Source of the DNA: Raillietiella orientalis
Taxonomy: Eukaryota
Direction of reading: 5' to 3'
Assembly: GCA_036172245.1 (NCBI GenBank)
Contig: JAYWIR010000056.1
Coordinates: 310,001 to 374,000 of the forward strand
DNA length: 64,000 nucleotides
Made by a program: the position numbers and the translations under genes. Shown piece after piece: positions 26,461 through 39,392 of the stretch. The notes under the pieces were generated by a model. That model was given only the letters and a program-made list of their open reading frames with translations, was not told where the DNA came from and made no database searches. How positions within the stretch are numbered: the first letter of the stretch is position 1; each line of letters starts with the position of its first letter.

Positions 26461-27229
26461 AAGAAGACTTCACGCATCCTCCAATCAAGTTTTCGTATTT
26501 GATCGGGGTCGCTTGCAGTTTGACCTGCGCAATCGCGCGATTTCACAGTAGAAAAAGCACCAAAAAAAAAAAAAAACGGATTGCAGATCGGAGGCCAGAA
26601 GGAAAGAAACTCAGATCAGGAAGACGTAACGCAAAATTTGGAAGCAATTTTTGCTCCTGTCTCGCATTTCTCAGGAACGGGAAGTACGACTTCCGTCCCC
26701 GTGCCCTACTCCGCAGGTCCTGGAGGCCGCTCTCGGGCTTCGAAACGCTTCCAAGCACGAGAGCCCAACCCCTATTAATAGGGAAGCAGGTGCAAGGAAG
26801 AACGGCTGAAAACGAAGTTCATGCCGAAGGCGCGAGGCTGCGCGACGTGAAAACGCGGCGAAACGGATAGGCTTGTTTGCAGCTTGGAGGGGAGGGCTTT
26901 GGGGAGGAAGGCAAGGCGTGTGTATTCAACATTTTGTTATGATTACAATCACGTCAAAAAAAGGTTCTTCACAATCTTCCCCTCCCTCGTGCTCTCTTAA
27001 AGTCGTTCTTCCTGTGGTTTCCAGGGTTTCGCTTACAGGAGGTAACCAGTTTACGACGTTTCGGACACATCCACGGAAGAGTTTTATCCGTTTAACGAGG
27101 AATACGTGACAGAGTCCAGTAGGGTCTTTGTCCACCGCCCTGGAGGGGAAAGGCCCTGAGACCTTGACGATTTTTCGAGCTCTTCAAACAGCCCGTTCAG
27201 TGTCATTTTGTGCGGATGTGCTGGAGGAT

Positions 27230-27600
27230 TACTGGTGGTGACCCATGAAGTGCTCCCAGCAGAACAAGCAGGAACTTCAGATGTTTCTCCAGGGATCGCT
27301 TTCCTCCTCAGGAGGTGGAATCAGCCTCTGTGGAATCTTCAGGACCTTGCCGCTGGCCAAACTCCATGCGCCGAGAGATCTCACCACGAGTACAAGCGTC
27401 CAGGTGGTCATTCCTCCGGAGAAGGTCATAGCAGCACCCCTAGACAGAAGGTCCCAATACTCTCTCCCCTTCCCTTTCCTGAAATCTTCCAAAGCTGGAT
27501 TCCTAAGGGGGAGGTTACGTCGAGGACGCACACTCCATCTTCTCTTTGGAGCACCAAGTCCGTGCATGGAGACATGCAGCTTTCCTTCTCCTCATCCTGT
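27230..27600 (-). mobile_element. Restriction-like endonuclease C-terminus of a Utopia/NeSL-like retrotransposon
   Basis: CTDLVLQREDGVCVLDVTSPL (RPD...DVT.P), KGKGREYWDL (K..KY..L), LVVRSLGAW (VVG.LG.W), ending WEHFMGHHQ*, which is like the Utopia end (IY.EH.TG.RQ). Confidence 0.75.
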
Positions 27601-28119
27601 TGGTCTCGTCGCCCGCTCGCCGTGACGTTTTGTGATTTCACGGAAGCTTCGAGTTCAGTAGTTCAGGATGCCCCTAAGAATTTTTTTTTTTTTTTCCAGT
27701 TTGCACGCTTCCTGCACGTGCGGTCAGCACTGTCTCTGAAGGGCGTGTCATGCACAGGAATGAGATGGAGCCCAGCTAACACGCATGGAATGCAAGAGAA
27801 CACCATTCCTATTCTGATGTGCTCCTCCTGCTTCTAATAAATTTTTGATTTCCTCTCCGTTCGAAAAATCTCGAGGTCTCATAAATGTCACGGCAACTGC
27901 TCATACGGCCGTGGGCACTCCTTTGGTGACGAAGTAGATGGCCAACCCCCATACTGGATTGCTTCTTCCGCCCTGTGTCTTCTAGCGCCGTTGATGAATA
28001 CTCGCAATGTTCAGTATGATGGTCTTCCTGTCTCTTTGGAGCCATGAAGACTTCTTGGCAAGACTCGGAGGAAAGGACTAGCTGCGTGGACCTGCCGGTC
28101 ATCTGCCTTAAAAGCTAAG

Positions 28120-28500
28120 CTTCTTCCGTGTGAGGAGAGGATGGGCTGCTTGCAAAAGAGCATTTGCAAAGCAGAGCAACGGAGGTGGTGATTCTCCTAC
28201 GTGCAACCAGCTCGGAAGTCAGCAACACCTCGAGAATGTAATTGCATCCTGCGTTCTTCACAGAGTGAGAGGAATGGAAGTTCAAGACAAAGGGCAAACA
28301 GAAGGCTTCGGTCAGCTCTGAGAACCAGCCATGGATTCGCAACGGAAGCTGGCTGTCGGCATCGGAAACCACGTCGAAGAGCTATGGGGATAAGACCAAA
28401 AGCGACGAACTTCTGATGGTCCGATTTTGCATCCCTGCTGCCACGACATAAACTGTTGGCAACGCTGGTCTGCAGGGATGCAGTTAGGGAAGCGGAGAGA
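28120..28500 (+). mobile_element. RLE-type non-LTR CCHC knuckle fragment (possibly HERO-like)
   Basis: DSPTCNQLGSQQHLENVIASCVLHRVRG resembles SP.C.LCG...TL.HVL..C...L..G. Confidence 0.4.
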
Positions 28501-28581
28501 ACCGCTCGCCGATGCAGTGCTTGGAAAACAAAAGCTTGCATCAAGGTTGAGTTTTGAGTGAGGCAACAGCATGTGCACTAG

Positions 28582-28746
28582 AGAAACTTTACAGTGGTTA
28601 CGTTAGGTCAAATTACGTTACGTTAGGGTAGGTTAGGTCCCGTTAGGTTGCTTTATGTCAGGTTAGGTTAGGTTAGGGAAGGGTAGGGTAGGGTAAGTTA
28701 CGTTACGTTGCATTTAGTGAGGTGAGGTTAGGATTGTAAAGGTTCT
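28582..28746. repeat. Degenerate (TTAGG)n pentamer array flanked by 12-bp inverted repeats
   Basis: GGTTA/CGTTA/GGGTA pentamers at 28596-28732. AGAAACTTTACA (28582-28593) matches the reverse complement of TGTAAAGGTTCT (28735-28746) at 11/12. Confidence 0.8.
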
Positions 28747-31079
28747 TGAGGCGACCAGCGAGCCTCTTCGTTTCAGCAGCACTGCTTTCTCGGTATTCGA
28801 ACTCTCAATTCGTCTCCTCTCGCGTTCCGAATTCAGTGGTGATCACAAAAGCCTTTTTGCTTTGGCCATGCTGCGATATTGAAGAGCATGCAGAGTGTGG
28901 TGAATGGGAATGGCAAGAGCAGCACCGAATTCCCATTGTACCGAAGTCCGTCTTACTTCTATTAAGCGACTCAGCACTGAGGTCACGCATCATTTATCCA
29001 TTCCTCACTCACCTGCTTGTAGAAGCCAGCCAAACAGACCTCCGCTTTGTTTTCATCAACTCCGATTTCTTCCTCCGACTCTGTCTGCTTGCGAAATTTT
29101 TGACCGATTGATTAACTCAGCCTTCGCCGAAAATCGCTGTCTGAGATGCTTTTGTCTTCCTATTCCGTTTGGAGAACCGTCAGACGGTCTCTCTTCTGCA
29201 TTTAGCAAAGAGAAACTCTTCGTGTGGTGCCTGACTCATCAAGCATCTGCTATTAATTTTCAAAGGGATCTTCAAATGCTAAGAATAGATGGCGGAAATG
29301 AGGCCTGTGATCACTTACTTTGCTTTCCAGTGATGCGGATATGGAGCATTGCCTTTCAGCAGGCTGTGGTGGGTGATGGAAGTCCTTCCAGTCTCTTCCT
29401 CTTGTAAGAAGGATGGCTTACACAAAAAGGATTTCGCTCACCTCTAGATTCATCGCCTTGAGGATTTCGTGCGCCTCATGTTCCATGATCTACAGCGATC
29501 TCCCAACACCTGAACATGCACTCGTGTTACCCTAAGGTTTTTATTGTTTTTCTAAGTGTAGTGAGTTCAGCAGCCGGTCGTTGCATCCACATATGCAGGA
29601 AAGGCGAGGCACAATGATCTTTTTTCTATCATGATGTTGCATGGAAATCAAGAGTAGGCTCTTGATACCCATACTAAGATCTAGGGATGGACACCCTGCT
29701 TCTTGGATTATCATCCAAATTCCATGATCCTCTTTCAAAAGAAATCATCTTGTAAACAAGCCAATCTCTCAAGGAACTCTGAATCAGGTGTCGGTCCAGG
29801 TGCACAGAAATAGCTGCATCTCATGTTTCTGGATTTTTCTTTCTTCTCAGTACAGCAGAAAGCTCTAATACAATCCCCAAATTCTTTGGATTCAACGGCT
29901 GATAGATATTAGAGTACCTGAATTCGAGAAAATACGGTATCTGATAGTTCTATACACACCTATTAGGTACAGTGAAATCACTCAGTCAATGCTCATTATC
30001 CAGCTTTCCCTTACATAAGTAATTTCGAATCTCTGGCGGAACAAAAACTTCTTGCAGAGGAAGAGTTCAAGAGCTACTGGAATTATGCAGCCACTCCTAG
30101 GTGCGATTTTGGGATTCAAAAGAAATCCTCGATGCACTCGTTAAAAGTAGCTGCTAAGAGTTTAAATTGGTGCTGCTTTTAGACGTATCTTTCAGCTACA
30201 ACTTATCTGAAACGTTTGGAAGGTCTCCTTTCTCGAGAATAATTTTAGGAGAGTGTTGGTTCACATATATTGGTGGTAAAGTAGATCTTAGTGACCACAG
30301 AGAATTCCTCAATTCTGCCTGTTTATTAAAATTCTATTTATTCTTGAGGAACGGCGTCCTTGAGGGCCGAAGCTGTTGGCTTTCTTACACAGCGCAGACC
30401 GATTTTCAAAGAATACATCATTTTTTTGGTTTCTGAAGAAAAGTTGTTTCGGAAAATTTTTCTCTTCGTAGTCAATTCCAAATTCTGCTAGTTCAGATCC
30501 CAACATGCTGCCTATAATTTAAGCATCGGTTACAGCGGGACTTTGAGGACCGCCTTCTCAAATCGATGACTCGGTATAGCTCGATAATCAGCACGGAACT
30601 CCTCGAATTCGAGTTCTTTGATTTCATTCTTTTCGAACATTTTTGAACAGGAAAGCAGAAGTTCCAAATTTTCCAGATGCCATAAGATGTTTTAGAGCTC
30701 TTCATGACCGTTAGCCGATGAACCCGTTTTCCCCACAGTACCACCGTGGTTAGCAGCTCCTAGCAGGACTGCTTGCGTGTTCTCAAACGATTGTACTGAA
30801 CACCACAGGCCTCATGAAATTAGTGGCATCAATATGTACGTAACCAGTGGTACACAGTTCCAAGAGACAGTTTTGATTTATGGAGGTTAACTCCACATTT
30901 ATGGCGATCAACGGTCAATCTTGTCTTCTTAAACATTCCAACTTATCGAAACGTTCGTTTGTGTCCCTTTAGGTGGATAATCAAAATAGAAAACTTTAGG
31001 AAACGTTAAAGAACCAAAAAAAAAAAAAATGCATCCTTGCTTGTGCAGTTGTAATGGGGGAAAAAAAATGACTAAGTGC

Positions 31080-31560
31080 TCCAGCAATTTCTACTGAATC
31101 CAGTAATTTCATACCGTGTCCAAATGCAGCGCTGGCACAAGTGGAGAATCATCACATCCCATTTGCATTTTACCAGATGCGGAGAGATAATCAACTGAAG
31201 CATCTGCGAAGTAGTGGCGAAGGGTGTTCCAAAGTTTTCCAGATGAAACATTTGACCCTGGTTTCCTCGATGAGCATCATACAGGGGGGGGGAAGCATTC
31301 CGAGCGGCGCTGGTTGCCAGAATTCCCGGGATGCTGGATCCGTTGGTCCTAACTAGGAGTTTCCTGAAGAATTGGCCCTTCCCTGACATTCCGTAATTTT
31401 TTCCTAACCTCTGACGTGCTCAACTGACCAGCTCGATGACCTTCATGGTGCACAGATCCTCGCAACTGTGTGGTGGGATAACGCGGCCGCAGGCACAAAG
31501 ATCTCAGCGTGCCGCCTAGCATGGAGGCATTCTGAGCTAACAGCAACCACTTCAGCGGCG
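31080..31560 (-). mobile_element. BEL/Pao LTR retrotransposon integrase relic
   Basis: HHEGHRAG..TSEVRKK (H...HAG...LR..W), QPAPLGMLPP (M..LP..R), FHLENFGTPF..KCKWDVMILHLCQRCIW (F...G.D.AGP...K.W..LF.C..RA.HLE). Confidence 0.55.
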
Positions 31561-32189
31561 TGCAGATCTTTCGTACGGGCAGCTGACCTTCCCAGCGCGG
31601 TTAGTGAAAAAGGGAAATTCCCTTTCAAAGGAAGGAAAAAGATATCCCGTGAGAAGCGGATCGAAGAGTCCGAAAATGAAGCGATCGTAGGGTGAACGCA
31701 CAATGGTCCAGTCGTGCCAAGTGCGGCAGACACTGGAAGATAACCGTGTTTTTGCATGAATTCATTCACGAGTCAGAGTTGGCGTAATTAAACTGCCTCC
31801 AGCTCTCAGCATCAGCAAACGAGCTGCAAACAGCGAAGAAGGCTAAGAAAAGGCAAAGAAAAAAAAAAAAAGGATGATCCACTTACTTTTGAGAAATGAG
31901 GCAACTTTCATGATGCTGAGGCAGCAAGCTCATATCTGCATTACTATGGAAATGAAGCAAGGGCTAGCCAAAAATGAGAGCATCCATTTAATGCCTACTG
32001 CCAAAGGAAGCGTAAAAATTGCCTGCGTCTACCTATGAGCACTTTTCCCCCTCGTTACTTCCTTCCCGAGATCCCTGAACTAGAAGGCCTGCAGAAGCTG
32101 CCTTCTTTGTGATTAAATCTAATTTCTGTTGACACGGTTTCGTCGATATTCCATTAACCCTCATTTGGCTGAGCCGAGTTTTACAGCAT

Positions 32190-34020
32190 GAGTGAACTGA
32201 CCATGGAAGTGGCCTCGAGCATTCGCAGACGTTCCTTGGAATTCCTTCAGCACATCTGACGGCATGCTACATGAAATCAGACGGAAAATGCCCATCTGGA
32301 AGTGCAGTGTACGGGGACGAACTGTGGCACGTATCTCGCTCGTCATGGAGATGACGTGGGGATGTCAGCAGAGGCGGAATAGAATATGGATGAGTCTTTG
32401 GACAGCCGTAATGAAATAGGGCACTTGCGGTCTCTCTAAGTGAACAACAGGATGGCTTAAGATTGAAAACTCCTTCCGAAGAAGACGTGCTGTGCTGTGA
32501 TGCCAGGAACGGGGAAACCTTGACGAGAGACTGAAAGGTGAATGAGCAAGAGAGGGAGAGAGTGCTCCGCAAATAGCTCAAAGTGTACGGTGAGAAGAAC
32601 TTCATGGGCTTCCGAACGGTCGCTCGCTGAAAATTTTCTCTAAAGCATTCCGTGTGACCACAGAAGGAAACGCCTGAATCCCCATTGAGATTCCCCTTTC
32701 ATGCGGAAGAGTTTTGGCTTTCAGGAATCCATGAATGCAAACTTTTTTTTCGGATCACATGTGCTCATGGGTGCTCCCATGCCTCACTCCACTCCGCTCC
32801 AGTAGGTCAGTCGGGGTACGGATATGTGACCTATGTCTCCTCGTATTTACACAGATCATGGAATATTTGTTGCGCTGTTTGCTCTCCGGCTACGAAGGAA
32901 ATCGAACATTCGAGTGGAGCAAGGCAAACAAGAACTTTCAATGACCAACCTTCCTAGCATCAGTGCAGACGAAAAGACTGGATGCTGGAGGGCGTATCCT
33001 GCATCAACCCAAAAACACAGAGGAAGAGAATCTGGTCCCTAAAGCTCGACGGGAGAGATAAAGGAAGAGAGAAGAAGGAGAAGATGTCAAGTGCGCGGAT
33101 CCTTGGCGACAGCGTTTGCTTTCCGGTCAGATCATGATGTAAGGGAAGGGTGACGAGGACGGGAAGCCGAAAGACAAAAACCCATCATGACTGGTTTCGA
33201 ATATGCCCATCGTGGGGTTTGAATTGAAGGAACCAAACCTGCAAGTAGGAATGGCACGAAAAACCTCCGTGAATGTGCAGACGACAGTTGAGTGCAGTTC
33301 ACTAAGCCTTGGGAGAAGACTGCTGTTTAGTTTTGAGATTAGCAGTATGATTCCGCCCACACTTCATGACAGTCAGAAGAACTGTTGCGACTCTCCCTCT
33401 TATTGGAGTCAGATCCTCATTTGTCTCCTTCCTATCATCAGACGATATCCAGAAAAGACTTAATGTCTTTTCTGCCTTGCTAAAGCCTTTTAAACCTTGC
33501 TAATTATTCGGCTGCTCCTGGACATCGTGTCAAGATTGAAGACGTGACTCACATTATTAATGCGCTCTTTGCGCCGCCGAAACTATACATCATTTTTGCT
33601 CGGGAACTAACCTGTTGGTTCGATATTCGGAGACTGTTATCTACAGATTATAATGAAGCGGACTGTTTTGGAGAACGCAAGAGCCAAGCTCTGGGGGAAA
33701 ATGCAACGTAAGAAGAGCTCGAACTAATGGCTGTTGATCCCGGGACGCTACGACCAGACAGCAATAAATGGATTAGAAGGTCCCCTTTTTGATCAGATTG
33801 TATAGAAAACTTCAAAGTGTTTCTAGACGTCATTAAGATTCAAGAGATTCCTAGGCTGGAAGATCCACTCAAGAGTAGCCGATTCTCGTGGAAATGAGGT
33901 GATTTCTGATGACTCTGGAGATAAGAAGATACAACTTGAGAGGAACATAGTAAAGGGGTACAAGAAAACGAACCACTGTCAAGAGGAGAGGTCTCAGAAG
34001 AGAAGTTCTGACCAGCTGAC
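32190..34020 (+). mobile_element. Ty3/gypsy pol relic (RT, connection, integrase)
   Basis: CGTYLARHGDDV (YLDD region), SVR*EELHG (EVRSFLG), RTFEWSKANKNF (F.W....AF), KLY..CWFDIRR..DYNEADC (integrase zinc finger), ELMAVD, GDKKIQ (GIKK). Confidence 0.45.
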
Positions 34021-34129
34021 ATGGATGGTAAAAGATCGTGTTGTGGAGTACGCTGGGGATGTAGCCGTGCAATTGGTGATGATACGTGGGCCGCATTATG
34101 TCACAAGACGAAAACAGCCCGAAATGTTG

Positions 34130-34740
34130 ACCACATGCCGCTGAGGTCTCTTTCATCAGCCGCGAGAGTCCCTCGGCATCCACATCATTCCAGTCGCCAT
34201 CAGGGTCTCTTGGCACAATCACGAGCATCATGGTTGTCTTCCGGCTGCTGCAAGCGAGAATACCTCTGCTCCACATTGAGTGAGGGATAGAATGATTTTC
34301 TTTCCCCCATGAAGCAACACATCAGCTGATACACACAACATGCAGGAATGACTGAACCTCCAATTATAAATGCTGTGTTAAGATTATCAACACACGAGAG
34401 GAGAGCACGGATTGGACAACATGTACGGTTAAACAATCAGTTTATTGTATTTTGCATGAAACACAGTAGGTACATAGTAATGTGCTACGTTATCCACTGA
34501 AGATTTTGCTGTGTAGTATACTCTCGTCCGAGGAAATCTTCTCCACTTGGAGTAAGTTGCAGTATCCAGAACGCAAATCAGCAAAAGCAAAGAGAAAAGT
34601 GCCTCTTTTAGAAGGTTCATGATTCTTGCATTGATGAAGGTGGCGGTTTATTTGGGAGGACTTGAGTTGGGACTAGAGATAGGGATGGGAGGAAGGTGAT
34701 TGCTGTTTCGTAGAGAAAATGATGCGGACTATTTGACGGA
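34130..34740 (-). pseudogene. Serpin (serine protease inhibitor) pseudogene fragment, probably unprocessed
   Basis: Frameshifted, in order: LYETAITFL / SSQINRHLHQCKNH (IN.WV...TN), VLDTATYSKW (VLVNAIYFKG.W), putative GT..AG intron 34521-34373, then GILACSSRKTTMMLVIVP..DG (ILELPY....SMLVILP). Confidence 0.6.
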
Positions 34741-35029
34741 CGGCTACTCGTTTGTCTTGCGATGTTTCAGAGGACGGGTCTGCGTTCGTCTCGAAATATG
34801 GGTGTATAATAATATACTTTGCTTCCTTATTTTGCTATGACTACGGATTGCCTATTAAAAAGTGATTACTTGTCCACCCTTTCATGATTGATCGCCCTCA
34901 TCAAGGCCAGAATCATCAGCACCTTGTGAAAAAATCACCTGAGTCACAGAACGCACCATGCGGACTGATCCATTTCCTGACCACTCACTCGTTAGGATCC
35001 CATGCGTCCCACCAGTCAAACAGCAGCAG

Positions 35030-35290
35030 CATGAATCCCATCATCCCAAGGAAAGCACCGCCCAAGAGGAGGATGCAGACTCATTCGAGCATTGCTTTCA
35101 AGAGGAACATGGATCCATGCACGTGGGTGACATGATGCAAAGAGATGGCTGGCAGCTGCAGCATGCAACCGCAATCTTCCACATAAAGGGAACAAGAAAG
35201 GTGAAACGTTACAGATCACGGCTGCTAATGATGGGTTGCAAGGCACAGATTGATTGATCAAGATGCAGACGACCGTGTTCATAAATTACC
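35030..35290 (+). mobile_element. Ty1/copia RT N-terminal fragment
   Basis: FQEEHGSM..IFHIKGTRKVKRYRSRLLMMGCKAQ resembles copia EE..SL...WVFK.K....RYKARLVAKG..Q. Confidence 0.6.
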
Positions 35291-36039
35291 TACAACACGA
35301 ACTTCCGGTGCTGTTTTTAATGATTAATGATTGAAGTTAAGGTAATATTTGGTTCCTGGGCTGTTGTTCGATGATTTTCCGGTAACTCTGCATTCTTCAC
35401 TTTCAGAGTGCCCTCTGTTCGATCAGGAACCCGAAGACCTCGTACGGGATTTCTTTGCGCCTTGGTCTCAGATAAAGACAAGTGCAATCATTTATTATTT
35501 ATATGTAACAACTAATTAATTATTCAGTGATATTTATGCACATTGGCGGAGTAGCAGCTGGTCACGAGACCTAACTGACTACAACAGGCATCCCCGTATA
35601 TTTGTTTCTCCAAAGGTTTTTTGAGGTCTCAGATAAATCTTTGGGTCCTTGCAGTCTCCAGAGGTTTATCTTAGCTCGGATTTATCTGAGAATCATAGCA
35701 GCATTGAAAAAATATGCCCAAGGTCTCGGAGATGAGAAACTTCGAAAAAATTTAATAGAAAGAGTGGGGCTACATGGACGTGAGAGTGCGTAAAGGACGC
35801 TTCAGACGGGAGGAGGATAAGGGAAGAAGCGGACCAGAAGCGCGAAGCGTCTCGAGGCCCTGATGGTCTGAACGGAAGCGGGGAAACCAACCCAATCGGA
35901 AAACACGGAAGGTCATTTCGAAGCGAAGCGCCCAAGAGCAAACAAGAACGCAAGAGATTCCAGAATTCTGCTGGAGCTTCTGGAACGAAATTGGATACCG
36001 CGGATGAGTTGGGTTCTTGAACAGAACGTCCAGCAGGCT

Positions 36040-36660
36040 GAATGAAATTTCATCAGTCGAGAAAAAGGAAGATGGAAGATGCTTTGAACGGGATTTTGTG
36101 GAAAGATGTACCGTTTGAAATAACTGGAAGTACCACCATCCGCCGCTGGCTCGCGGCGTGCCATTCCGTGATCCAAATGCTCACAGCACGGCGATCTCCG
36201 TGCTCTCAGGAAAGATTTCTTAAGATCCGTCGAGTTCATGCGATGGAACTTAACGAATTCTTTCCACGATTCTCGAAGCGCCGGAACTCGAAGGGATCGT
36301 AAAACCTTTTCGGGTAGCGGAGAGGCTGCCTTGGAAGGTGTTCTCCAGAAGACACCCATCAGACAAGTCGGGCCTGGAAGGACAAAGCGAGTCTGGAGTG
36401 CTCTCCCTCGGTTGGAGTTGTTTGGTTCGCAGGATGCAGATCTGCCCCCTCGAGATGAACCCATCTGGACTGAACAGACTCTGAAGCACGATAATGGCTC
36501 GATGGCTCTCCGCAGCTCTCAAACACCAAAGAGGACACGTTGGTACATTAAGAAACTGGTTCTTCTCGAAGAAAGGAACGATGGAAACTGGCGAGAAGAA
36601 AGAAAAGGAGCACTAAAAGATGGCAGCCGACTGAGTGTGGATGTTCCAAGATAGATGCCG
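36040..36660 (+). mobile_element. Possible LTR-retrotransposon gag-protease relic
   Basis: EITGSTTIRRWL..ELNEFFPRF (gag-like), KSGLEGQ (degenerate CG.EGH knuckle), KDGSRLSV (protease ADG..L.V). Weak. Confidence 0.3.
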
Positions 36661-37937
36661 TAATGGAGGGCAGAAAGGAGATCGATGGATGCCCCTCGGT
36701 TATGCTTTCTGAAAACGATGAACGGATGGCAACAGAGCTGAAGAACGAGAATGAGCGTAATGGGTCTTATGGCGGTGCCCTTGATGAGGGAGCAGTTCCA
36801 ACATCTAGACAAGAAATCCTTGCTTCCCCGCATGGCTTGCAGCATCCTGCACCATTTCTTCTGCTCTCAAGGAACACGTCGAGCTGGGAAATCTTCCTGA
36901 TCTCCTGCACCCTCTTTTTTCCACAAGATCTAACCAAACCCCAGTTTAAGGATCTGTTGGTGGATCTGACAGATTTTTTGAGAAAGAGATATCTTTGTCT
37001 TCCCCGTAGTAGCAAATCGATCTCTTCACACGGCTTCAATACAGTTTCAGGCAGAAGCATCTAAACCATCAGGATATGCCTGCTTTTGTTGTTGGCAGAC
37101 TCCAAACAGAAATCTTTCTCAGAAGTCGCGAAGTCCTTGCAGCTTGCAGTCGAATCGATCATTGGCTGACATATTTCCTTATCCATCGAAAGTCTTATTC
37201 ATCTTGTCTTCAGGTCAAAGCAAGCAAACTTGATTTCACCAAAGGGCCAGTGTACCAATAGCGCATACCGATAGCCCAGAAGCAGCTAAACAGGATTCCG
37301 TATTCGACATCCGTGGCTCTTTTTTTGTTGTTGTTGTCTTGTTTTTCGCACATGAAAACTCCTTTCGTCTTCCCTTTAGGGTGAGGAACTCTGACTTCTA
37401 GGAAAACACCGGCAAGTGGTCGCTGCATCCGTGGCAAGTATCATCGGGGGAAAAAAAGTAAGTTTGAAACTGGGAGATAAGAAAGGAAAACCATCACTCC
37501 TTCTGAAACACAAGCCAGCGCGACTTATTTTGAGCGTTCAGGAGATCGTGCTGAGCTTTTCACACACAAGACCTAACTTGCAGCATTGACTTCCTCTCAA
37601 ACCATCTCGTCATGGATTGCAGACTCACACTCAGCTTGTTCTGGAAGTGGATCCGGCGTTGGTTCAACCATCCTCCCTGGAAAGTTGAGAACAGGTTTCA
37701 CAGAATCAAATCCCCTCCTTGTCGGACGGAGCAGCTTATGCTCAATCAGAAATGGATTGAGAAGCTCTTAGAATGCGGAAGGACATCGCGAGAATCGGAC
37801 AACGTGTCCTTTGGAATCCCACCAGCAAGCGATTTCGTGCTTACTAGCTCATCCGTCCCATTTACCAAGGGTTCGTATAGATTTCAAGAAAAGCTCATCT
37901 TGTTGACTCAGAGAACCAGAATAGTGTACCGATACCA

Positions 37938-38400
37938 TTGGTTGCATGCCCTTCAGAACCTGCTGTCATCAAAGCCAAGTTTCCACGTGTGTTCCTCTAG
38001 AATTCTTCCCCTTTCACTGAAGCCAGATCGCCTCCATGGCTACGAGCGGATGCCGCTGACGCATCTCGAACCAGGCTTTCGTTTCCTTGACAATTGCCTC
38101 CGGGAATACGTGACTGAGGAAAACTTAGCAATCCTTTCCTTCGATTGAGGATTCCCTCTGAACCGATCTCTTTGAAGTGGATACCGTCACCCGTTAACAC
38201 GCGGCAGCTTCCGGACTTGATTACCTATCGGGACTTCCCTCTCGCGGTCTTGAACGACGACTCTTTCGCGTCTATTGCACACCACATCTTCGTGAATCGC
38301 CTGGAACTAGGAAATGCTTGGCTGCCCTTCGCAAGGCAGGAGTTTCATATTGCAAGTCGGAAGATCGATGATGAGCTGTTCGCACTTATCTCACGAAGAT
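37938..38400 (-). mobile_element. Ty3/gypsy integrase core relic
   Basis: CEQLIIDL, RRFTKM (DRFTKM), VLTGDGIHF (IVSDNG.QF), PGGNCQGNESLVR (P.SNGQ.ER.VR), in order across frameshifts. Confidence 0.45.
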
Positions 38401-39184
38401 ACGGGGTGGGTCTGGGAGACAGAGCAGATGCGGGGAGACGCTGATAGGAATTACCAACATCGCTTCCGCGGGACCGCTTGCTTCAGTCTTCCGCAGCTCC
38501 TGTAAACATGATCGCTCCTTGTTTATCCTGCCTCCTTAACTTTTTTTTTTTTTTTTTTTCGGCATCCCCGGAGCTGCTCCGTCGGGTATGGGATAATCGC
38601 GGGAGTGCGGCTCTGACAAGGCGTGGACTTGCTAAGCCACGCAGGAGCTCCGCGTGCTTGCGGTGGAACTCACATTCTCGTGGGGCCGGCTGGTCCAACG
38701 TGATTGGGAGGCGAACCGTCGACCTCCGTCTCGGCAGCTCCTTTTGTAAACAGTAGCCCTTGCAGCCTTCGTTCGATGAGGACAAACTGCCAACTCGACG
38801 AAAAGATCTCCTCGGTCAGAAAGTCGCGGTCGCAGCTGGAAAGAGAAGGGAAAAAAAGAGCGCCTTGGGCAAAATGAAATGTCTTGTGGAGTCAGCACCA
38901 CAAAAGATCGTGTTCGCAATCTCTAGTTTATTTGAATGAGGTTTCGGGACGAGTCTGGGGTGCTTCAGATACTCCGAAGCCCTCCGATGAAAGGAAATCC
39001 GAGAATAATTAACAGGAAAATAACAAGATGCTGTTTGGGAGATGACCGGAAACCTATCTCAGCAACTTACAGCAGAATTTCCCAGGGATGACCCCAGGGG
39101 TAGAAATTAATTGATACCGCTCGGTATCAAGGAATAGATCAGGGAAAGAGGAAACTGGGGGATCTCTTTGTGCAAGAATCTGCT

Positions 39185-39392
39185 ATCGAAGAAAAGGATT
39201 GTTAAGCTTCCCTCAGTCACACATTTCCGGAGGCAATTATCAAGGAAACGAAAGCCTGCTTCGAGATGCGTCAGCGGCATCCGCTCGTATCCATGGAGGT
39301 AATCTGGCTTCCTTGAAAGCGGAAGAATTCTAGAGTAATACACGTGAAAACTTTGCTTGGATGACAGCGGGTCTCGAAAGGCGTGGAACCAA
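39185..39392. repeat. Inverted duplicate of 37938-38145
   Basis: About 208 bp, roughly 87% identical by hand count, gap-free. Both copies translate as HGYERMPLTHLE.GFRFLDNCLR on opposite strands. Confidence 0.9.

Noticed and set aside
28596..28732. True telomere
   Set aside because: Short, degenerate and interstitial, with ordinary sequence on both sides.
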